Shown here one piece after another: positions 19,982 to 26,958 of a stretch of 64,000 bases of DNA. This DNA comes from a virus. The stretch is taken from the IMG/VR virus record IMGVR_UViG_3300035135_002933, one strand, 5' to 3'. Numbering within the stretch: the first letter of the stretch is position 1; every line of letters begins with the position of its first letter. The notes below the pieces were generated by a model that had not been told where the DNA came from, did no database searches, and saw only the letters and a program-made list of their open reading frames with translations. A program made the position numbers and the translations under genes.

Positions 19982-20071
19982 CAGTCGTAGGCTCCTTCAC
20001 TACTAGGTGGGCAACCGGCCTACTCAACAGGTTGCAACCCTACTAACGTGCTACTGAACACGGCTTCTACC

Positions 20072-20383
20072 ATGGCCACCACATTCACCTGGGGCATCAA
20101 CACGCTGGAGCGCGAAACCGCTGACGGCTTCGTCTTCACCGCCCACTACACCGTGGATGCCAACGACGGCACCTACTCCAGCGGCGCCTATGGCAGCGTT
20201 GGTTTTGAGCGCCCGGACAACCTGATCCCCTACGGCGACCTAACCAAAGACGTAGTGATCGGCTGGGTTAAAGAGGCACTCGGCGGCCAGGAAAAGGTTG
20301 CTGAGATCGAGGCCGCCCTTCAAGAGCAGCTGAACCAGCAGCACGCACCTACCAAGGCTTCAGGTCTGCCATGGGCTGGCTGA
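20072..20383 (+). CDS. conserved phage tail-associated hypothetical protein
   Basis: MATTFTWGINTLERETADGFVFTAHY...LTKDVVIGWVK, a family common in cyanophage tail regions. Confidence 0.65.
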   Translation: MATTFTWGINTLERETADGFVFTAHYTVDANDGTYSSGAYGSVGFERPDNLIPYGDLTKDVVIGWVKEALGGQEKVAEIEAALQEQLNQQHAPTKASGLPWAG

Positions 20384-20478
20384 TCACAGGAGTGGCACTA
20401 GTGCTAGCCGTTGCCATCCTTGGTGTAATGGTGTGGCAGTGGCGCCACACTTCTGATTGGCAGGATCGCTATTGGTAA
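20371..20478 (+). CDS. small membrane peptide (35 aa)
   Basis: MGWLITGVALVLAVAILGVMVWQWRHTSDWQDRYW; below the ORF-track length cut-off. Confidence 0.45.
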   Translation: MGWLITGVALVLAVAILGVMVWQWRHTSDWQDRYW

Positions 20479-20481
20479 GCC

Positions 20482-20613
20482 ATGGCAGTACGCGCTAAAA
20501 CCGGCACCGGCAAAATCGAAATTATCCCTAAGCGCAAGAAAACGTGCCAAGGGGACGGACAACACAGCCGCCCCCGCGGCACGCGCAAGCTTCGTCGCGG
20601 GCAGGGTCGCTAA
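20482..20613 (+). CDS. small basic protein (43 aa)
   Basis: MAVRAKTGTGKIEIIPKRKKTCQGDGQHSRPRGTRKLRRGQGR. Confidence 0.55.
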   Translation: MAVRAKTGTGKIEIIPKRKKTCQGDGQHSRPRGTRKLRRGQGR

Positions 20614-20664
20614 CCCGAGAACGACCCCTCGCTACTCTGAACAAGTAGCTCTACCCGCCCACTC

Positions 20665-20907
20665 GTGATTGAAATCGCTGCTGCCGCGGTAGGCGCCTCC
20701 CTCACCATCGGTGCCATGGGTATCGGCAGCGTCTTCAGCCGTTCTCGAGATGGGCGCGACACGGTAATCAGACTTACAACCGCCGTCGAGGCCGTTGCCG
20801 CCCGCCTGGAAGAAATTCACGTCGACATCAAAGAAGACCGGCGTCAGACCTACGGCCTACTCAGCGACCTCGACCGCCGTGTCACCACGCTCGAGGCTCG
20901 GCAATGA
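20665..20907 (+). CDS. membrane protein, holin/antiholin-like
   Basis: N-terminal hydrophobic helix plus coiled-coil tail. Confidence 0.5.
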   Translation: MIEIAAAAVGASLTIGAMGIGSVFSRSRDGRDTVIRLTTAVEAVAARLEEIHVDIKEDRRQTYGLLSDLDRRVTTLEARQ

Positions 20908-21152
20908 ACCACCCCGCCGTGACAGCCCTGGTTCTCCGCCTCCTGGTCGGCTGCTACGGCTACATGCTCGTGATGGCATCCGCCGGTGTCGCCGCCTGCG
21001 AACTACGCAAACCCGGCGAATGCGGTTCCTCCTGGACCCAGGCCTTCACCGTCGCGGGTGGCGCCGCCTCCACCATGTGGGCCTACATCACCGACTCACC
21101 CAACACCCCGAGCTCGGGTACACGCCGGCGTAATGACCCACCTACCCGCTGA
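20904..21152 (+). CDS. small two-TM membrane protein (possible holin)
   Basis: Two hydrophobic segments; ATGA overlap. Confidence 0.45.
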   Translation: MNHPAVTALVLRLLVGCYGYMLVMASAGVAACELRKPGECGSSWTQAFTVAGGAASTMWAYITDSPNTPSSGTRRRNDPPTR

Positions 21153-21465
21153 TCTCATGTCTTTCCGCACCCTGATCGACGCCGCCATCGCATTCCTTGT
21201 CATGGGCATCACCGAGGCCGTCATCAAGCCCCTGGCCACCGCTGCAATCGAGCGCCCCCTCAAGCGCGCTTTGCCCTACATCTACGAGCGCCTCGACGAC
21301 GAGATGCCAACCCTGCTGCGCACAGCCGACCCTGAAGCTATGACCACCGAGATCGCCTCGACCATCGCCCAAGCCACCGGAAACCCTGCCACGGCGCGTC
21401 AGATCGACCAGGTGGTCGCGCTCTACAGTCCTATCAAGGCCGCACTCCGCAACGCCACGAGGTGA
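21133..21465 (+). CDS. hypothetical protein with N-terminal hydrophobic helix
   Basis: GC3-biased ORF; start 21133 or 21157. Confidence 0.5.
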   Translation: MTHLPADLMSFRTLIDAAIAFLVMGITEAVIKPLATAAIERPLKRALPYIYERLDDEMPTLLRTADPEAMTTEIASTIAQATGNPATARQIDQVVALYSPIKAALRNATR

Positions 21466-21468
21466 TCG

Positions 21469-21810
21469 ATGTCTGTACAACCTGGCAGGTACAACATCAC
21501 CGACATGCAGCGGCGAGCCGACTACGACTTGCAGCTGCAGTTCAAGGATAGCAACGGTAATCCCGTTGATCTTACTAACTGGACTGTCTATGCACAAGTA
21601 TGGAATAAAGAACGCACTACAAAATATGCTGATTGGACCATCACTTACACAAATCGCATCATCGGGTCTGTTTCGCTCGCAGTGACTGACACCCAAACCG
21701 AAACTTTCCCCGATGAATGCTGGTGGGACGTTCTACTAGAAAACCCCGCAGGCCTACGTAATTATTGGCTCGAGGGCGCTATCTACATCAGCGAGGGCTA
21801 CACCGCATGA
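21469..21810 (+). CDS. BppU-N-like structural protein
   Basis: ADYDLQLQFKDSNGNPVDLTNWTVYAQV...WWDVLL. Confidence 0.6.
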   Translation: MSVQPGRYNITDMQRRADYDLQLQFKDSNGNPVDLTNWTVYAQVWNKERTTKYADWTITYTNRIIGSVSLAVTDTQTETFPDECWWDVLLENPAGLRNYWLEGAIYISEGYTA

Positions 21811-22784
21811 CAAGCGTTGCCGTTACCACACAGCAAGCGACGGTCTCGGTGACCACTGCCGCTGGCGTCACGGTTGTACCGACCACGCAGACCGCTGCAG
21901 TGGTCGTGCAGGCTGGTGTTGTTGCTCCGGGCGGCATTGCGCGAGACATCCTCGAAAAGGTCAGCGGTGCTGACTATCACACACGATGGACAAGCGCACC
22001 GGAGCTGGATGCACTCAGCTTTGACCTGACGGCTGGCATCACGCCTGTGCCGGGCCAGCTGGCGTGGAACGTCGATGAGGGTACGGTAGCGCTCGGCAAG
22101 GGCGGCATCAGTAACTACCTCGGCGAAGAGACCGTGGTGCTGTGTCGTAATGCGAGCAACACGGTTGCGATCCCACAGGGCACTGCAGTGATGTTCGCCG
22201 GCACGCTTGGCGCTAGCGGCAGGCTAAAAGTGGCGCCGATGATCGCCGACGGCAGCTTGCCCGGCTATGTGTTCTTTGGTGTGACTGCAGAAGCGATTGC
22301 CGGCAGCGGTGATGGCTATGTGTCAGTGTTCGGCAAGATCAAAGGTATTGATACAAGCCTCTATGCAGAAAGCACAATTCTGTGGTGTGATCCTGCAGTA
22401 CCGGGTGGATTCACTGCAACAGAACCCGCAGCACCGAACCTGAAGCTAGCTGTTGCAGCGGTAATCAGCAGCAAAAACAACGGCACGATCTTTGTTCGCT
22501 GGGATACCGGCCGCAGGTTACGGGATCTGCATGATGTTGAAGCGAATGGCGCCACGGTCGACGGTGACGTGCTCACCTATGTCGCCGCCAACAACCGCTG
22601 GGAAGCAAAAGCGCCAACCGGAGGCGGTGGCGGTGCTAGCGGCGTGATCCTCGAATCCAAGCAAGTGATCTCCCAGAACTACACACTCACCGCTGGCAGC
22701 AACGGCATCTCGCAAGGGCCTGTCACGATCGCCAGTGGCTACACTGTGACCATACCGGCCGGTGCTATTTGGGGGATCCTGTAA
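21807..22784 (+). CDS. virion structural / fibre-associated protein
   Basis: ATGA overlap at 21807; beta-rich; C-terminal QNYTLTAGSNGISQGPVTIASG motif. Confidence 0.6.
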   Translation: MTSVAVTTQQATVSVTTAAGVTVVPTTQTAAVVVQAGVVAPGGIARDILEKVSGADYHTRWTSAPELDALSFDLTAGITPVPGQLAWNVDEGTVALGKGGISNYLGEETVVLCRNASNTVAIPQGTAVMFAGTLGASGRLKVAPMIADGSLPGYVFFGVTAEAIAGSGDGYVSVFGKIKGIDTSLYAESTILWCDPAVPGGFTATEPAAPNLKLAVAAVISSKNNGTIFVRWDTGRRLRDLHDVEANGATVDGDVLTYVAANNRWEAKAPTGGGGGASGVILESKQVISQNYTLTAGSNGISQGPVTIASGYTVTIPAGAIWGIL

Positions 22785-23606
22785 GTGGCATTTGGCAGGC
22801 TGAAAGTTGATGAACTAGAGACCTCAACGCAGGTCGTTAATGTTGACGCATTGGCGTCTGGTGGTGTCAGCGATGGCGACAAGGGCGACATCACCGTTAG
22901 CGGTAGTGGCACCGTCTGGACAATTGATGACGGCGCTGTTGACACCGCTGCACTGGGTGGTGACATCACCGCTGCAGGCAAAGCGCTGCTGGATGATGCT
23001 GACGCAGCGGCGCAGCGCACGACGTTGGGAGCTGAGGCCGCTGGCACTGCAGCGAGTGCCATCAGCGCCCACGAAGCCGCCGCTGATCCGCATCCGGGTT
23101 ATGCGCTGGAGAGCAGTCTCGGTGGCGCTGCTCTGCTGAATGTCGGCACCACGGCTGGCACGGTGGCTGCTGGTGATGACAGCCGGTTCACCACTGATCT
23201 GAGCTACACCGCATCCACGCGGATACTGGCGAGCTCTACCGGCGCTGATGCAACGCTGCCGCTGTTCACCACAACTGCTGCAGGCTTGACCCCGGCTACC
23301 AGTTATGCGGCAATCACCTACTCCGCCACGGTCAATCTGGACCTTGCTGCACTTGACGGTCAATATCGCACGATCAGCCTCACTGGCGATCTGACGCTCA
23401 CCACCAGCAACCGAGCTACGGGAAGAACAGTGGTGATTCGCATCATCGCTGATGCGTCACAGCGAACGCTTACGTTCCCGACTGATTGGAAGTTTCTTGG
23501 CACCAAGCCAGCAAACATCGCTGCATCAAAGACTGGCGTATTGAGCCTTACTTTCTTCGGCACTGCTGATTCTGATTGCGTCGCCGCATGGGGGGTGCAG
23601 GGATGA
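22785..23606 (+). CDS. fibre-like structural protein
   Basis: VSDGDKGDITVSG, HEAAADPHPGY, NVGTTAGTVAAGDD fibre motifs. Confidence 0.65.
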   Translation: MAFGRLKVDELETSTQVVNVDALASGGVSDGDKGDITVSGSGTVWTIDDGAVDTAALGGDITAAGKALLDDADAAAQRTTLGAEAAGTAASAISAHEAAADPHPGYALESSLGGAALLNVGTTAGTVAAGDDSRFTTDLSYTASTRILASSTGADATLPLFTTTAAGLTPATSYAAITYSATVNLDLAALDGQYRTISLTGDLTLTTSNRATGRTVVIRIIADASQRTLTFPTDWKFLGTKPANIAASKTGVLSLTFFGTADSDCVAAWGVQG

Positions 23607-24175
23607 TGGTTAATCTCGTTCGACTGAAAGAAGGGGCTGTGATCTGGCCCTACTCACTGGGGCAGCTCAGGCTTGATGAGCCATCGCAGTCGTTTTCGTG
23701 GTCGCCGAGTGATGCAGAGCTGGCCCACTACGGCGTGCATCGAGTGGAGCCCAGCGAAGCGCCTACTGCAGATCCTGCGGTGGAGAAGGTGATCCAGGCG
23801 CAGCCGGTCGAGATCAACGGCGCATGGACACAGCAATGGGAGCTGGTTCCATTGTCTCCTGAGGAGCAGGCCGCCTATCACGCTGCTACGCACCCGGCCC
23901 GCTGGATTGAGTTTGGCCAAGTGGTGCAGGCAGAGCCAAGGATCAACGCACTGCTGGGCAAGGCGTTGGTGGATGCACCGGCTCTGGCGATGGCCTTGAG
24001 CGTTGGCCTGGGCAAAGCTGCTGATGGCGACAGCAGGATCTTCCTTGCTGCTTGGAACTCGGCGCTCGGACTTGGCCTGATCAACGATGAGCTGATCACG
24101 CTGATGCAGGGTGCAGCTCAAGCGCACGACCTACCTGCTGACTTCATCGCCGGCCTGGCTGGAGGTGCGATGTGA
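23603..24175 (+). CDS. tail fibre assembly-like hypothetical protein
   Basis: WPYSLGQLRLDEPSQSF...PVEINGAWTQQWE. Confidence 0.55.
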   Translation: MMVNLVRLKEGAVIWPYSLGQLRLDEPSQSFSWSPSDAELAHYGVHRVEPSEAPTADPAVEKVIQAQPVEINGAWTQQWELVPLSPEEQAAYHAATHPARWIEFGQVVQAEPRINALLGKALVDAPALAMALSVGLGKAADGDSRIFLAAWNSALGLGLINDELITLMQGAAQAHDLPADFIAGLAGGAM

Positions 24176-24909
24176 ATCTGCTGTTGAGTGATCCGGCGTT
24201 TCTAGCGGCAAGCGGTGGCGTTAGCGGTCCTACTGACCCTTACTTCAGCAACGTCTCCCTGTTGCTGCATGGTGATGGCACTAACGGCAGCACTACAATT
24301 GTTGATAGCAGTAGCAATAATTTCAGCCTTACCGCAAACAACGGTGCTCAGATTTCCACGGCACAGGCACAATTCGGCCCATCCAGTATTGAGTTCCTAA
24401 GCACCACCAACACTGGACTGTCAGTGCCGTCTAATAATGTTTTTCAGTTTGGAACTGGCGACTGGACAGTAGAGGCTTGGATTTACCAGAGAACTTTAGC
24501 CCAGTATTCAACTTTGTTTGAAGTTGGGAATCACATCAATTCAGATGGCTTTGTGATTCTAACTGGTAGCGACTCCAGTAATGGCTTAAGTGTCTATTCC
24601 AATGCTTTTTTTAAGGCGCCCACCAGAGGGACAATGATTACCAACCAGTGGCAGTTTGTAACAGTATCAAGGTCTGGCAACGCTTTATATTTTTCCGTAG
24701 GCGGGGTCATTGATACTCCTGTGACATTTGTCAGAGATTTAACATCAACTGCAACCGTGTCAGTAGCTTATCCCTACGGGTTTGTCCCGCTTGCCAATAA
24801 CAACAGTTATCGCTTTAATGGCTACATCGACGACCTCCGCATCACCAAAGGCATAGCCCGCTACACCAGTAATTTCACCCCACCGACTGCGCCGTTCCCT
24901 AATTCATGA
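24172..24909 (+). CDS. concanavalin A-like/LamG lectin domain protein
   Basis: VSLLLHGDG...FGTGDWTVEAWIY...FNGYIDDLRITKGIARY. Confidence 0.8.
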   Translation: MNLLLSDPAFLAASGGVSGPTDPYFSNVSLLLHGDGTNGSTTIVDSSSNNFSLTANNGAQISTAQAQFGPSSIEFLSTTNTGLSVPSNNVFQFGTGDWTVEAWIYQRTLAQYSTLFEVGNHINSDGFVILTGSDSSNGLSVYSNAFFKAPTRGTMITNQWQFVTVSRSGNALYFSVGGVIDTPVTFVRDLTSTATVSVAYPYGFVPLANNNSYRFNGYIDDLRITKGIARYTSNFTPPTAPFPNS

Positions 24910-24961
24910 CCCTCGCCACCTCGCTACGCGCCACTGCATCAAAGCTGATGGCGATTATCTA

Positions 24962-26116
24962 TCAGTAGGTCCATGAGCGGCTTGGCCTGACACCTGCCCC
25001 AGGCACAAAACCCCCTCCAGCCGTATCAAGGTGAATGAATCCCCGAGGACGACCGTCTCCTAATCCCCCGCGCCAACGCACACGAATCCACTGGTAAAAG
25101 CTATCCAGGCTACTGCTCACCGGGTAGATGTCGAAGGCCTCACCCGTAACATGCCTCGAGTTCCGTACCCCGCCGACCTGTCTGTTCACAGGTTCAGGAC
25201 GGTAAAAAGACGTCACCCCCAGAGGCCTACCCCAAGCCTCGCGGATCCTCTGGAACTCGGCTGCCGTGCGTAGCAGCCGCAGCCGCACCGAAGCGCCTTC
25301 CGGCGGAATCCGGCGCCTGTCGAACTGCAGCATCTCGCCCACCGACAGGTTCGGCGTCACCAGGCAGCTGAAATCACCCCAGTCGACCTCAGTGGACATC
25401 CCGGGTGCATCCGCGGTCACCTTGCGCCAGTGTGGCTCGTAGATGAACCACGTCCCTGCGCCGGCCGCGAGCTCCACACGCGCATGCGCATCTGCGGCGC
25501 GCTCCTCGTAGCCCACCACGGCGTAGTCCTTCCCGGCAACGCAGAGCACCTTCTCCTTCTCCCCGAGCGCGGTCGACTGCACTCGCTCCTTCTTGAGCCA
25601 GGTAGCCTGCACCGCCTCGATCCGGTAGAGAATCGGCTTGGGGTTGGCCTTCACGACCGGCTTCGCCTGCGCCTCCAACGCCGCAGGAGCATGCTGTTCA
25701 ACCAGGCGCATGAGCTTATGTGCATACTCAGGATCCGTGGCATAGCCTTGCTTCACGAGCTCGTTCGCCGCAGCTTCCAGCGTTGGAGCCCGATCCACAC
25801 CCTCGTATTGATCCCAGTCCTTGTACCAGCGGGTCACCAGGTAGCGCACGCATGCCCCGAGGTTGGGGAAGTCGAGGAACGTCGCGTCGATGGTGATCCA
25901 CTTGCCATCGACGAACTCACGCGTCTCATGCGTCTTGCCCTGAGACCCCGAGCTCTTCAGCCCGAAGTAGTTGTGCTTACCGCTCGTGTGCTTCCCGTGC
26001 CCCGACTCCAGCGCCCATTGAGCTGCGACGAGTGCGTACCACTTCGCTCCAGCATCCTTAGCAGCTGCCTCCAGACCCACCCAGGTGTTGGGATATTGCC
26101 GAGCTCGAGGGGCCAT
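24962..26116 (-). CDS. endolysin: N-terminal glucosaminidase + C-terminal M15A-type peptidase
   Basis: AQWALESGHG..NYFGLK..GYATDPEY (GH73-like); SFYR..VNRQVGG..NSRH..GEAFD..FIHLD (M15). Confidence 0.85.
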   Translation of the reverse strand: MAPRARQYPNTWVGLEAAAKDAGAKWYALVAAQWALESGHGKHTSGKHNYFGLKSSGSQGKTHETREFVDGKWITIDATFLDFPNLGACVRYLVTRWYKDWDQYEGVDRAPTLEAAANELVKQGYATDPEYAHKLMRLVEQHAPAALEAQAKPVVKANPKPILYRIEAVQATWLKKERVQSTALGEKEKVLCVAGKDYAVVGYEERAADAHARVELAAGAGTWFIYEPHWRKVTADAPGMSTEVDWGDFSCLVTPNLSVGEMLQFDRRRIPPEGASVRLRLLRTAAEFQRIREAWGRPLGVTSFYRPEPVNRQVGGVRNSRHVTGEAFDIYPVSSSLDSFYQWIRVRWRGGLGDGRPRGFIHLDTAGGGFVPGAGVRPSRSWTY

Positions 26117-26167
26117 AAGCACTATGTGTATGACCCATACTAGCTATGCCTGAATCAGGTTGACATC

Positions 26168-26320
26168 ATGAAAACAAACGAAGAACGCATGAATGAGTGG
26201 TATAGAAAACTCTGGGGGGATTGGGCTGCCTCGTGGGTCGACATCCCTGAAGAGGATTTTGAAAAGCTACTAGCCCGGCCTAGACGCGAGATAAAGCGCA
26301 AAGCAAAAAGATCACAATAA
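26168..26320 (+). CDS. hypothetical protein (50 aa)
   Basis: MKTNEERMNEWYRKLWGDW...; fills the gap between endolysin and the next gene. Confidence 0.35.
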   Translation: MKTNEERMNEWYRKLWGDWAASWVDIPEEDFEKLLARPRREIKRKAKRSQ

Positions 26321-26326
26321 TGCGCT

Positions 26327-26548
26327 TCAACTTCGACGCACCTGCTTCCAATAGCGCTCCTCCGCTTTGGTCTCCCAGGCCTTGTACTGCGCCAGCCGCC
26401 CCGACGCCCGAGCTCGGCGCTTGCGCAAGTTCCACTCATGAAAGAAACGGGCATCCCCCACCAGCCGGCGAAGGAGCCCGTTTGGCAAACGTTCAGCGAT
26501 GCGCTGCAGCTGAGCCAACAAAGCTGCCCGCTCTTCGCCCGACTGCAT
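26327..26548 (-). CDS. hypothetical protein (73 aa)
   Basis: Start overlaps the AbrB stop. Confidence 0.5.
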   Translation of the reverse strand: MQSGEERAALLAQLQRIAERLPNGLLRRLVGDARFFHEWNLRKRRARASGRLAQYKAWETKAEERYWKQVRRS

Positions 26549-26919
26549 CAGGCCGCGAGTGCGCGGCCACCCTTAGCAGGCGCCACCTGCTTCGGCACCA
26601 AGCGGATCGAGTCGTCCTCGATGACGATATCGAGCTCGTCACCCGGCTCCAACCCAAACTCAGCCGCGTAGGTCTTACCGACCAGGATGATGCCGTTCTT
26701 GTGCACCGAGGTCGCATAGCGCGCAATTTTGCCCGTTTGCTTGGGTTTAGCCAGGTCCACACCCTTAGCAGCCAACAACGCGTTGGCCAGCTGCAGCGCG
26801 AGAACGCGCTCCTTACCTTCAGCTGAGGTCTTCACATACCCAGTTGCACACGCCAGTTCCGAGCGGTTCATCTCGGGGTGCTCTTTGACAAAAGTCAGCA
26901 GTTCGTTGCCCGTAAGCAT
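26548..26919 (-). CDS. abrB: cyanobacterial-type AbrB-like transcription regulator
   Basis: LTGNELL..VK...ELACATGY and RYATSVHKNGIILVGKTYAAEFGLEPGDELDI match cyAbrB. Confidence 0.8.
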   Translation of the reverse strand: MLTGNELLTFVKEHPEMNRSELACATGYVKTSAEGKERVLALQLANALLAAKGVDLAKPKQTGKIARYATSVHKNGIILVGKTYAAEFGLEPGDELDIVIEDDSIRLVPKQVAPAKGGRALAA

Positions 26920-26958
26920 GGGGTAAAAGCAATACCTATCAAATGTAGCACGCAGTTA

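Noticed and set aside
19979-20071. Stop-codon readthrough from the fibre gene into the in-frame 20072 gene via the pseudoknot
   Set aside because: A second in-frame stop (TAG 19988) follows the TGA; no slippery site
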